This document shows, in pieces, positions 8,908 to 18,304 of a stretch of 64,000 nt of DNA. A program made the position numbers and the translations under genes. Location: assembly GCA_963746845.1 (NCBI GenBank), contig CAVVCZ010000005.1, positions 224,001-288,000 on the forward strand, in the 5' to 3' direction. The stretch comes from an uncultured Chloroflexia bacterium (lineage in GTDB: Bacteria > Chloroflexota > Limnocylindria > Limnocylindrales > CSP1-4). Every line of letters starts with the position of its first letter. The stretch's first letter is position 1. The notes beneath the pieces are model-generated. The model was not told where the DNA came from, did not search any database, and saw nothing but the letters and a program-made list of their open reading frames with translations.

Positions 8908-11601
8908 CTAGCTCGCCGGCTGGATCGCGGTCCGGCGGGGCGCCGGCTCCGGGCGGACGGCGCCCGGCTTCGACCACAGGGCCGCGGCGATCGTCGGGCC
9001 GTCGGCGGGGCGGGCGAAGTAGTAGCCCTGGCCCAGCTCGCAGCCGAGGTCGCGCAGCGCGGTGAGCTGGCCCTCGTCCTCGATCCCCTCGGCCACGACC
9101 TGGAGGTTGAGCGTCCGGCCGAGGGCGATGATCGCCCGCGCGAACGCCCACTCGTCCGACGATGCCTCGGCGCTGCCGATGAACTCGCGGGCGATCTTCA
9201 GGATGTCGACCTGGAACCGGCGCAGGTAACCGAGCGACGAGTACCCGGTCCCGAAGTCGTCGATCGCGATCCGGATCCCGAGCGCCCGCAGGGCCTGCAG
9301 GCGGGCGATCGTCGTGTGCGTGTCGTGGAACATCGCCGACTCGGTCAGCTCGAGGATCAGGTCGGTCGCCGGGAAGCCCGTCTCGGTGAGGATCGACTCG
9401 ACGTCCTCGACGAACGTCGGCTGCTGGAGCTGGGCGGCGGACAGGTTGACGGACAGGGCGATCCGCTCCGTTCGCCGGTCCCGCCACGACTCGACCTCGC
9501 GGCAGCTCTCGTGGAGCATCCACCGGCCGAGGGCGAGGATCGTCCCGTTCTCCTCGGCGAGGCGGATGAACTCGTCCGGGCGGAGGATCCCGCGGGTCGG
9601 GTGGCGCCATCGGACGAGGGCCTCGACGCCGTACGTCGCCCCGGTCGCGAGCGTGACGATCGGCTGGAAGTGGGCGAGGAGCTCGCCGCGGCCGATGCTC
9701 TTCGTCAGCTCGGACGCGAGCGCATGTCGCTCGACGAGGGCGGCATGCATCGTCGACTCGAACACGGCATAGCGGTTCTTGCCGGCCGCTTTCGCGGTGT
9801 ACATCGCGACGTCGGCGTTGCGCAGCAGCTCGTCGGCCCGCTCGCTCTCCGCGCCGGCCCGGGCGGCGGCGACGCCGATGCTCGCGGCGATCGAGATCTC
9901 CTGCCCGTCGATCTGGAGCGGCGCCTGGAGCGCCTCGAGGATCCGCCGGCAGACTGCGATGCTCTCGGACAGGTCGGCCGTGTCCTCGAGGAGGATCGCG
10001 AATTCGTCGCCGCCGAGCCGCGCCGCGAGGTCGGTGGCCCGGACGCAGCCGCGGACGCGATCCCCGACGGCGATCAGGAGCCGGTCGCCGGCCACGTGTC
10101 CGAGCGTGTCGTTGACCACCTTGAAGTCGTCGAGGTCGATGAACAGGACGACGGGCCGGCGGATACCGCTGTCGGCCAGGATCCGACCATCCACCTGCTC
10201 GACGAACAGGCTCCGGTTCGCGAGCCCGGTCAGCGGGTCGTGATAGGCCTGGAACCGGAGCTGCTCCTTGAGCCGCGACAGCTCGGCCAGCGACTGCTCC
10301 AGCTGACCGTTCTCCAGGGCGACCGCGGCCTGGTTCGCGAGCGTCTCGAGCAGCCGCAGGTCGTCGTCGGTGAAGACCGTCCCCTCGGTCAGGCGGTTGC
10401 CGACGAGCATCGAGCCGATCAGGGTGGACTCGCCGCGGAGCGGGGCGACCATCGCCTGGCGCAGGGTCGCCCGCTCCGGTTCGAACGGCGACGGGCTGAA
10501 GAAGAACGCGTGCGGCTCGTTCCGGATCCGGCGGGCGATCGGATCGTCCGGCGTGAACGGCACCGGGACCATGGCCGTCGCGGGCGCGCCGTCGATGCTC
10601 GTCGTCCGGAGCGCGTCCTCGCCGGGGATCCGCGGATGGAGCAGCACCTCGGCGCGCTCGGCGCGGAACATCTCGCGGGCGTGGTCGAGCAGGGCGACGA
10701 TCGCCGAGTCGAGCTCCGGCGAGTGCTGGAGGATCCGCCCGGACTGGTACAGGAACTCGAGCCGCTCGCCCTTCTCGCGCTCCGACAGATAGGCCCGGTA
10801 GGCGAGGAAGACCGTCACGAGCGGGACGATCAGGAGCCAGAGCAGGCCCGGGTCGAGCCACAGGATCGACACGGCCAGGAGCGCCAGGCTCGTGTTGGCG
10901 ACGGCGACGAGGCCGCCGAACTGGATCATCTGTGGCAGCTTCTGGAACTGCGGCGCGCCGCCCGACAGCGAGATCGCCGTGGCGATCGTCACCGCCGACA
11001 GCACGGTCGTCGTCAGCGTCGCGGCGAACGCCGCCACCCAGTCCGCAGCGCTGGGCGTCCCCTCCAGGTTCGCGATCAGGTGGAACACGACGAGCGCGGC
11101 GGTCGCGCCCAGCCCGAAGTTGGTCACGTTGAACGCGAACTTCAGGGGAGGCTGGCGGAACCAGGCAAGCGCCACGGCGGACCCGATCAGGATCACGGCG
11201 AGGATGTAGTCGTGCGGACTGAGGAGGAACAGCCCGATGACGGCCGGGAACTCGCTCAGCGAGAAGCTGTGGGCCTCGCGCCGGAAGTGGACGTCGATGA
11301 CCTTCAGCTCGGCCAGGCAGAAGCCCGCAGCGATCAGGGGCCACGGGAAGTCGATCGGGACGAGGGAGACGTGCGGCCGCGGCTCGATGACCAGGATGTC
11401 GAGGAGGACGGCGACCAGGGCGAGCGAGGCCGTGAAGGCCCACACCCGGAGCGCGGGCGAGCCGACACCGACGCGCAGCCGCTCGAGGCTGCGCCCGCCG
11501 GCGGCGACCATGTCCTGTTCGAGATCGTCCTTCGCTCGGACCGTCGCCGGGCGTCCTGGCGGATTCCCGCCCACGCGCGCCTCCATTCCGTCCCGTGGCA
11601 C
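8908..11601 (-). CDS. Multi-TM sensor + GAF + diguanylate cyclase (GGDEF) + EAL phosphodiesterase
   Basis: ~7 hydrophobic segments with LKFAFN motif, GAF (LANQAAVALEN), HDPLTGLANR, RATD I-site, GGDEF, VEALVRW, DDFGTGYSS, EGIE, GQGYY; start may be 11586 or 11511. Confidence 0.93.
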   Translation of the reverse strand: MPRDGMEARVGGNPPGRPATVRAKDDLEQDMVAAGGRSLERLRVGVGSPALRVWAFTASLALVAVLLDILVIEPRPHVSLVPIDFPWPLIAAGFCLAELKVIDVHFRREAHSFSLSEFPAVIGLFLLSPHDYILAVILIGSAVALAWFRQPPLKFAFNVTNFGLGATAALVVFHLIANLEGTPSAADWVAAFAATLTTTVLSAVTIATAISLSGGAPQFQKLPQMIQFGGLVAVANTSLALLAVSILWLDPGLLWLLIVPLVTVFLAYRAYLSEREKGERLEFLYQSGRILQHSPELDSAIVALLDHAREMFRAERAEVLLHPRIPGEDALRTTSIDGAPATAMVPVPFTPDDPIARRIRNEPHAFFFSPSPFEPERATLRQAMVAPLRGESTLIGSMLVGNRLTEGTVFTDDDLRLLETLANQAAVALENGQLEQSLAELSRLKEQLRFQAYHDPLTGLANRSLFVEQVDGRILADSGIRRPVVLFIDLDDFKVVNDTLGHVAGDRLLIAVGDRVRGCVRATDLAARLGGDEFAILLEDTADLSESIAVCRRILEALQAPLQIDGQEISIAASIGVAAARAGAESERADELLRNADVAMYTAKAAGKNRYAVFESTMHAALVERHALASELTKSIGRGELLAHFQPIVTLATGATYGVEALVRWRHPTRGILRPDEFIRLAEENGTILALGRWMLHESCREVESWRDRRTERIALSVNLSAAQLQQPTFVEDVESILTETGFPATDLILELTESAMFHDTHTTIARLQALRALGIRIAIDDFGTGYSSLGYLRRFQVDILKIAREFIGSAEASSDEWAFARAIIALGRTLNLQVVAEGIEDEGQLTALRDLGCELGQGYYFARPADGPTIAAALWSKPGAVRPEPAPRRTAIQPAS

Positions 11602-11677
11602 CTGTTGTACGCGTCGAACCGACGATCGGGGCGTAGGTCCGAGGTACCGCGGCGCGCAGGACGAATCGCGCGGACGG

Positions 11678-12244
11678 TCAGGAAGTTGGCGCGTCCGCGG
11701 GTCGGTCCGGGGTCCCGTCGGCGCGCCGCTCCCGGCGCATCGCCGCGGCGATCGCGACAGCGACCCCGACCCCGATCAGCACGTCGCCGACGCTGAAGAC
11801 GTTGGCCATCGGCAGCCACGCGGGCAGCGCGAAGACGTCGGTCAGCGGCTCGAGGGCTGGTCGTTCGACCACGACGCTGTTCGTGTTCGGGCCGACGCCC
11901 ATTCCGAGGGTCGCCAGCGCGGCCGGGCTGGCGGGCATCGCTCCGCCGTTCGCGAGGATGGCCGCGAGGTTGAGGCCGGCCCCGACCGCGATCAGCGGGA
12001 CGCCGGTGATCCCGAGGTTGGCGAGGACGACGATCCCGACGAGGGCGGTCGACCCGACGTAGATGGCCCGTGCGACGTCCGGGGCGAGGCCGTCCGCCAG
12101 CGGTGAGAAGAGGACGAGCTGGATCGCCAGGGCGACGAAGACAAGTGGGCCGAGCCGGAAGTGGACCTCAGCCAGCCGCTCGAGGCGACCGCCGAGAAGC
12201 AGCCCGACGACGATCCCGGCGATGAGCCCATAGAGGATGAACAC
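11678..12244 (-). CDS. DUF5317-type membrane protein, copy 2 (188 aa)
   Basis: GTG start VFILYGLIAGIVVGLLLGGRL..., NGGAMP, LTDVF, NVFSVGDVLI; clear paralog of 8339-8899. Confidence 0.82.
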   Translation of the reverse strand: MFILYGLIAGIVVGLLLGGRLERLAEVHFRLGPLVFVALAIQLVLFSPLADGLAPDVARAIYVGSTALVGIVVLANLGITGVPLIAVGAGLNLAAILANGGAMPASPAALATLGMGVGPNTNSVVVERPALEPLTDVFALPAWLPMANVFSVGDVLIGVGVAVAIAAAMRRERRADGTPDRPADAPTS

Positions 12245-12363
12245 GGTCCCAGTATCCGCGGCTGTGGGGCGTCGGCGCGGGGTCGGCGAGGCGGAGCCGG
12301 GCCCTGTGCTAGCCTCCGGCTCGTCTTGCACCCCCCGCCCAACCGCCTGCAGCCCGGACCACC

Positions 12364-13809
12364 ATGACCGACCGCCAGCCCCGAACGATCGTCGACAAGA
12401 TCTGGGACGACCACGTCGTCGCCCAGGACGACGGCGCGCCGGCGATCCTCTCGGTCGACCTCCACCTCGTCCACGAGGTCACGTCGCCGCAGGCGTTCAG
12501 CGGACTGCGCGCCCGCGGGCTGACGGTCCGCCACCCGGATCGGACGGTGGCCACCGCGGACCACTCCACGCCGACCCACGCGCGCTCCCTGCCCATCGCG
12601 GACCCGATGGCCGCGGCACAGGTCGCCCAGCTCGAGACGAACTGCCGCGAGTTCGGCATCCCGCTCCACGGTCTCGGCTCGCCGAACCAGGGGATCGTTC
12701 ACGTGATCGGGCCGCAGCTCGGGCTCACCCAGCCCGGGATGACGATCGTCTGCGGCGACTCCCACACGGCGACGCACGGCGCGTTCGGTGCGCTCGCGTT
12801 CGGGATCGGGACGAGCGAGGTCGAGATGGTCCTCGCGACCCAGACGCTCCTCCAGCGCCGCCCGAAGACGTACGAGGTCCGGGTCGACGGCCGCCTCGTC
12901 CCGGGAGTCAGCAGCAAGGATGTCATCCTCGCGCTGATCGCCCGGATCGGGATCGGCGGCGGGACCGGCCACGTCTTCGAATACACCGGCGACGCGATCC
13001 GCGCCCTGACGATGGAGCAGCGGATGACGATCTGCAACATGTCGATCGAGGGCGGGGCGCGGGCCGGCTTGATCGCGCCGGACGACACGACGTTCGACTA
13101 CGTCGCCGGGCGACCACACGCCCCCGCCGGCGCGGCCTGGGACGCCGCCGTCGCCGCGTGGCGGACCCTGCCGAGCGATGACGGCGCGACGTACGACCGC
13201 TCGATCACGATCGACGCCTCGGCCCTCGAGCCGATGGTCACCTACGGCACGAACCCCGGGATGGGGATCCCGATCACGTCGCGCGTCCCCTCGCCGGACG
13301 ACCAGGCCGACGCGTCGTCGCGCCGCGCGCTCGAGCGCGCCCTCGAGTACATGGACCTCCAGCCGGGTCAGCCGATCCTCGGCCAGAAGGTCGATGTCGT
13401 CTTCGTCGGCTCGTGCACCAACGGCCGGATCAGTGACCTGCGCCTGGCCGCCGAGGTCCTCCGCGACCGCAAGGTCGCCGCCGGTGTCCGGATGATGATC
13501 GTGCCGGGCTCCGACGAGGTGAAGCGCGAGGCCGAGCGCGAGGGCCTGAACGAGATCTTCCGGGCCGCCGGCGCCGAGTGGCGCGAGGCCGGCTGCTCGA
13601 TGTGCATCGCGATGAACGGCGACCAGCTGTCGCCCGGGCAGTACGCCATCAGCACCTCGAACCGGAACTTCGAGGGCCGCCAGGGCAAGGGCGGACGGAC
13701 GTTCCTCGCCTCGCCGCTCACCGCGGCCGCGTCGGCGATCCGCGGCGAGGTCACCGACCCGCGGACGCTCCCGGGCATCGAGACCCTCGCCGCCGTCGGC
13801 GGGCGCTGA
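12364..13809 (+). CDS. leuC: 3-isopropylmalate dehydratase large subunit
   Basis: [43 protein letters not shown]. Confidence 0.97.
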   Translation: MTDRQPRTIVDKIWDDHVVAQDDGAPAILSVDLHLVHEVTSPQAFSGLRARGLTVRHPDRTVATADHSTPTHARSLPIADPMAAAQVAQLETNCREFGIPLHGLGSPNQGIVHVIGPQLGLTQPGMTIVCGDSHTATHGAFGALAFGIGTSEVEMVLATQTLLQRRPKTYEVRVDGRLVPGVSSKDVILALIARIGIGGGTGHVFEYTGDAIRALTMEQRMTICNMSIEGGARAGLIAPDDTTFDYVAGRPHAPAGAAWDAAVAAWRTLPSDDGATYDRSITIDASALEPMVTYGTNPGMGIPITSRVPSPDDQADASSRRALERALEYMDLQPGQPILGQKVDVVFVGSCTNGRISDLRLAAEVLRDRKVAAGVRMMIVPGSDEVKREAEREGLNEIFRAAGAEWREAGCSMCIAMNGDQLSPGQYAISTSNRNFEGRQGKGGRTFLASPLTAAASAIRGEVTDPRTLPGIETLAAVGGR

Positions 13810-13819
13810 GGACCACCCG

Positions 13820-14443
13820 ATGGCCGAGCGGTTCCGCACCTTCACGAGCGCCGTCATCCCGCTGCCGGCGGAGAACGTCGACACGGATCAGATCGTTCCC
13901 GCGCGCTACCTGAAGGTCACGACGAAGGACGGGCTGCGCGACGCGCTGTTCCACGACTGGCGCTACGACGAGGACGGCGGCCTGAAGGAGCCCCTCTTCG
14001 TCATGGACCGGGTCGCGATGCTCGACCGCCAGATCCTGCTGGTCGGCGACAACTTCGGGACGGGCTCGTCCCGCGAGCACGCGCCATGGGCGCTGACCGC
14101 GTGGGGGATCCGGGCGATCCTGTCGACGTCGTTCGCGGACATCTTCCGGAACAACGCCCTGAAGAACGGGCTGCTGCCGATCGTCGTCGAGGAGGACGAG
14201 CACCATCACCTGTTCGAGCTGGTCGCCGCGAACCCGGCCGCCGAGCTGACGGTCGATCTGGAGGCGCAGGTCGTGCACCTGCCCGGCGACGAGGATCTCC
14301 CGTTCGAGGTCGATCCGTTCGCCCGGATGATGCTGCTCGCCGGGACGGACGAGATGGGCTATCTCGTGGCCAGGCTGCCCGTCATCGAGGCGTGGGAGGC
14401 CGGACGTCCGGCTCGCGTCGACACCCTCGCCGGGGCGGGCTGA
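13820..14443 (+). CDS. leuD: 3-isopropylmalate dehydratase small subunit
   Basis: NVDTDQIVP, NFGTGSSREHAPWAL, FADIFRNN. Confidence 0.96.
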   Translation: MAERFRTFTSAVIPLPAENVDTDQIVPARYLKVTTKDGLRDALFHDWRYDEDGGLKEPLFVMDRVAMLDRQILLVGDNFGTGSSREHAPWALTAWGIRAILSTSFADIFRNNALKNGLLPIVVEEDEHHHLFELVAANPAAELTVDLEAQVVHLPGDEDLPFEVDPFARMMLLAGTDEMGYLVARLPVIEAWEAGRPARVDTLAGAG

Positions 14444-14498
14444 CCCCGACCGACCGGCCGCGGACGAGCCCCGACGAGGGCGACGAACGATGAGGAGG

Positions 14499-14630
14499 TC
14501 AGCGCGCCGGCCCGACGCCGACGATGCACAGGACGCAGCCGAAGTGCGGAGCCGTCGTGTGCGTCCGATGGACCGCTGCCATCCGGCGGGTGATCCGGTA
14601 GGGCGAGCGGCGGGTGTTGGTTCGAGACAT
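14499..14630 (-). CDS. Putative 43-aa His/Cys small protein
   Basis: SD GAAAGGA then MSRTNTRRSPYRITRRMAAVHRTHTTAPHFGCVLCIVGVGPAR; below ORF-track cutoff. Confidence 0.45.
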   Translation of the reverse strand: MSRTNTRRSPYRITRRMAAVHRTHTTAPHFGCVLCIVGVGPAR

Positions 14631-14763
14631 CGTGGGGATCCTTTCGGAGGGGTCAGGCGCCGCTCCACGATCGCACGGCGCCGGACCGGACCGGGATCGG
14701 CGGACGGCGGGTCGGGCACTGGACGGACGACGAGGGTCGCGGCAGTGATCGGTCGACGGCCGG

Positions 14764-14790
14764 GGAACCGCCCGCCAGGCGGTGTCGTCT
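14764..14790 (+). promoter_or_regulatory. ECF-sigma-type promoter
   Basis: GGAACC-N16-CGTCT, 8 nt before ATG 14799. Confidence 0.55.
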
Positions 14791-14798
14791 GGCCGGGC

Positions 14799-15302
14799 AT
14801 GCCGACCCTCGTCCGGACATCACGCCGATGGCTCCTCCTGGCAGGCCTCGCCATCGCCGCGATCGGCGGCTGCAGCTCGGGGGCAGGGCCGACGGCGTCC
14901 GACGGCCCGTCGACCGCCCCGAGCGCACCGTCGGTCTCGACCCCTGTCGACCCGGGCGCCGGGGCGCCGACGCTCGTCCGACCGCAGCCGGGGCGGCTGA
15001 ACCCGCATCCCGTCTCGCCGCAGTCGCTCCAGGCGTCGGTGGACGGCCGGCACGTCCTCGTCCTGGTCAGCTGGTACGGCGGCGTGGAGCCGTGCAGCGT
15101 CCTGGACTCCGTCACGGACGAGCGGACGGATCGGACGATCGCCCTGACCGTGATCGAGGGCTCCTCCGATCTCACCGCGATCTGCCCGGAGATCGCGCTG
15201 CTGAAGGCGACGATCGTCGATCTCGGCGAGCTCGAGCCGGGCGCCTGGACGATCACCGCCCCGAAGAGCGACGCGACGCCGATCCAGCTGACGATCAGCT
15301 AG
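14799..15302 (+). CDS. Hypothetical lipoprotein
   Basis: RRWLLLAGLAIAAIGGC lipobox, Ser/Pro linker, small domain with two Cys (EPCSV, AICPEIA). Confidence 0.75.
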   Translation: MPTLVRTSRRWLLLAGLAIAAIGGCSSGAGPTASDGPSTAPSAPSVSTPVDPGAGAPTLVRPQPGRLNPHPVSPQSLQASVDGRHVLVLVSWYGGVEPCSVLDSVTDERTDRTIALTVIEGSSDLTAICPEIALLKATIVDLGELEPGAWTITAPKSDATPIQLTIS

Positions 15303-15363
15303 GCCGAACCGGACCGTTCGGCCGAACGTCAATCCGGCGGCGGGTCGGCGATACTTCCGCCAG

Positions 15364-16542
15364 GTGAATGTCTTCGACGTTCTCGTCATCGTCCTCGTGT
15401 TCCTCGCGGTCCTCATCGGGATCAGCTCCGGTGCCCTCCCCCAGATCGGCGGCCTGATCGGCGCCTTCGCCGGCGGTGCCGTCGCGATCCTCGCGCTGCC
15501 GTGGGTCGAGCCGCTGATCGAGAACCTCAACCCGCTGCTCCGGGCCATCGCCGTGCTCGGCGGCATGCTGTTCATCGTCGGGGTCGGCGAGGCGATCGGA
15601 TCCGCGCTCGGGCGGGTTGGCGCGTCGCATCTCCGGGACAGCCCGCTCCGGACCGTCGACCGGGCGGCCGGTGGCGTCGTCGGTGCGGCGCAGGCGCTCC
15701 TGGTCGTCTGGCTGATCGGCGGTCTGCTCGCCGCCGGTCCGATGCGGGTCCTCGCGACCCAGGCCCAGACCTCGCTCGTCGTCCGCGGCCTCAACAGCGT
15801 CCTCCCGGCCCCGACGGAGATCGCGAGCGCCCTCGGCCGGCTCCTCGATGACACCGGCCTCCCCGACCTGTTCGTCGGCCTCGAGCCACTCCCGGCGCCG
15901 CCCGTCGCCCAGCCCGGCGATCCGGCCGCCGAAGCGATCGCGCGCGGGGCCCGCCCGAGCACGGTCCGCGTCGCGGCCGCGACCTGCGAGTTCAACTCCC
16001 TCGGGAGCGGGTTCGCGATCGCCCCGCACTACGTCGTGACCAACGCCCATGTCGTGGCCGGTGCCCGCACGGTTCGGGTGGCCGTGCCGGACGGCAGCGT
16101 CGACGACGCCGTCCCGGTCTTCTTCGACCCGGAGCTCGACGTCGCCCTGCTGTGGGTGTCGGACCTGTCCGCCGCTCCGCTCCGGCTCGCGGCCGCGGAC
16201 CCGGCCCGCGGTGCGATCGGGGCGACGCTCGGCTATCCCCACGGCGGCTCGCTGGTCGTCTCGCCGGCCGCGGTCTCCGGCGCGTACGTCGCCCAGGGTC
16301 GCGACATCTACGGCGAGGACCGGGTGAGCCGGCGGATCCTCGAGCTCCGGGCCCAGGTGGACCAGGGCGACAGCGGCGGGCCGCTGATCCTCAGCGACGG
16401 CACCGTCGGCGGGGTCGTGTTCGCTGAGGCCCGGACGGACGACTCGGTCGGCTACGCGCTGACGCCGACGGCGGTGGCACGGGCGGTCGAGCCCTCGCTC
16501 GGGCGGACCGGCGCCGTCGACACGGGGGCGTGCATCCGCTGA
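15364..16542 (+). CDS. MarP-family membrane serine protease (CvpA-like TM + trypsin domain)
   Basis: 4 N-terminal TMs, TNAHVV, DVALL, GDSGGP, C-terminal Cys. Confidence 0.9.
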   Translation: MNVFDVLVIVLVFLAVLIGISSGALPQIGGLIGAFAGGAVAILALPWVEPLIENLNPLLRAIAVLGGMLFIVGVGEAIGSALGRVGASHLRDSPLRTVDRAAGGVVGAAQALLVVWLIGGLLAAGPMRVLATQAQTSLVVRGLNSVLPAPTEIASALGRLLDDTGLPDLFVGLEPLPAPPVAQPGDPAAEAIARGARPSTVRVAAATCEFNSLGSGFAIAPHYVVTNAHVVAGARTVRVAVPDGSVDDAVPVFFDPELDVALLWVSDLSAAPLRLAAADPARGAIGATLGYPHGGSLVVSPAAVSGAYVAQGRDIYGEDRVSRRILELRAQVDQGDSGGPLILSDGTVGGVVFAEARTDDSVGYALTPTAVARAVEPSLGRTGAVDTGACIR

Positions 16543-16573
16543 CGCCGGGCGCCCGGGTCCGTAGGCTGTGCAC

Positions 16574-18286
16574 ATGACCGACACCGCGATCGACGACGCC
16601 CGCGCCCGGCTCACCGCGCTGGCCGACGAGGCCTGGGACAGCCAGATGGCCGCCAACCCGATCGAGGCGACCGCCCTCGGCGATCGCCGGTTCGACGACC
16701 GGCTCCCGGCGAACGGACCCGGAGCGGAGGCCGCCGACGTCGAGCGCCTGGACGTCCTCCGCGGGCGGGCCCTCGCGATCGACCCGACGACCCTGGACCC
16801 CGGCGACCGCGTCACCCGGGACGCCCTCGTCGAGTACCTGGCCAACGAGCTGGACCGCGTCGCGGCGGGCCTCGAATCGTGGTCGGTCGATCCGCTCGAC
16901 GGGCCACAGGTGACGTTCCTGAACATCCCGTCGTACCAGCCGATCCGCGATGCCGCCGAGGCCGACGCGCTGGTCGGTCGGTGGCGGGAGATGGGACCGT
17001 GGATCGACCGTCTCGTGGCGTCGTCGCGCGATGCGCTCGCGCGCGGCGTCGGCGCCCCGGCGGCCCTCGTCCGGAGCGTCCTCGCCGAGCTGGACGATCT
17101 CCTGGCGCGGCCGGTCGAGGAGTGGCCGCTCGTCGACCCGGCCCGCGAGCTCCCGGTCGATCTGCCGCCCGCCGAAGCGGCGACGATCGCCCACGAGATC
17201 CGGTCCGCGGTGAGCGAGGCCATCCGCCCGGCCTTCGCCCGCTACCGCGCGTTCCTCGCCGGAGAGCTCGCCCCCGTCGCGCGACCGGACGACCGGCCGG
17301 GCCTCGCCTCGGTCCCGGGCGGCGATGCTGCCTACGCTCGCCTCGTCCGGTTCCACACGACCCTCGACCTCACGCCCGAGGCGATCCACCGGATCGGGCT
17401 GGATGAGACCACGCGGATCGACGACGAGTTCGCCGAGCTCGGTGGTCGGGTCCTCGGCACGAGCGACCGGCACGAGGTGATCAGCCGGCTCCGGTCCGAC
17501 CCGGCGCTCCACTTCTCCACGCCGGCCGAGGTGTACCACGTCGCCGAGACCTCGCTCGCCCGGGCAAACGCGGCGATCGCCGGGTGGTTCGGGCGCCTGC
17601 CCGTCACGCCGTGCGTCGTCGTCGAGATGGCCGAGCACGAGGCCCGACACTCGACGATCGCCTACTACCGCCAGCCCGCCGCGGACGGCAGCCGCCCGGG
17701 CAGCTACTACATCAACACGTCGGAGCCCGCGACCCGGCCGCGGTACGAGGCCGAGGTCCTGGCCTTCCACGAGGCCGTCCCCGGCCACCACCTCCAGATC
17801 GCGATCGCCCAGGAGCTCGAGGGCCTGCCTGCGTTCCGGCGGCTGGCGGGCGCGACCGCGTACGTGGAGGGCTGGGGGCTGTACACGGAGCGACTGTCGG
17901 AGGAGATGGGCCTCTACTCGGGCGACCTGGACCGGTTCGGGATTCTGTCGTTCGACGCGTGGCGGGCGAGCCGGCTCGTCGTCGACACCGGCCTCCACGC
18001 GATGGGCTGGAGCCGGGACGAGGCGATCGGGTTCATGGTCGATCACACCGCGCTCGCGGAGAACAACATCGCGAACGAGGTCGATCGGTACCTCGCGATC
18101 CCCGGCCAGGCCCTCGCCTACAAGCTCGGCCAGCTCGAGATCCTGCGGCTGCGCGACCGCGCGCGGGCCGCGCTCGGCGCCCGGTTCGACATCCGGGCGT
18201 TCCACGACGCGGTGCTCGGCGAGGGCGCGGTCGGCCTGCGGACGCTGGGCGACGCCATGGAGGCGTGGATCGCGAGCCAGTCTTGA
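16574..18286 (+). CDS. DUF885 family protein (putative metallopeptidase)
   Basis: FHEAVPGHHLQ, EGWGLYTE, RLVVDTGLH, PGQALAYKLG; TAGGCT 6 nt upstream of ATG 16574. Confidence 0.9.
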   Translation: MTDTAIDDARARLTALADEAWDSQMAANPIEATALGDRRFDDRLPANGPGAEAADVERLDVLRGRALAIDPTTLDPGDRVTRDALVEYLANELDRVAAGLESWSVDPLDGPQVTFLNIPSYQPIRDAAEADALVGRWREMGPWIDRLVASSRDALARGVGAPAALVRSVLAELDDLLARPVEEWPLVDPARELPVDLPPAEAATIAHEIRSAVSEAIRPAFARYRAFLAGELAPVARPDDRPGLASVPGGDAAYARLVRFHTTLDLTPEAIHRIGLDETTRIDDEFAELGGRVLGTSDRHEVISRLRSDPALHFSTPAEVYHVAETSLARANAAIAGWFGRLPVTPCVVVEMAEHEARHSTIAYYRQPAADGSRPGSYYINTSEPATRPRYEAEVLAFHEAVPGHHLQIAIAQELEGLPAFRRLAGATAYVEGWGLYTERLSEEMGLYSGDLDRFGILSFDAWRASRLVVDTGLHAMGWSRDEAIGFMVDHTALAENNIANEVDRYLAIPGQALAYKLGQLEILRLRDRARAALGARFDIRAFHDAVLGEGAVGLRTLGDAMEAWIASQS

Positions 18287-18304
18287 ACGGAGCCCAGATC
18301 CCGA

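Noticed and set aside
8339-11443. 1034-aa ORF in the track
   Set aside because: The first ~850 aa are an Arg/Pro-rich alternate frame over the GGDEF-EAL gene; only the last 186 aa (ATG 8899) are a real protein.
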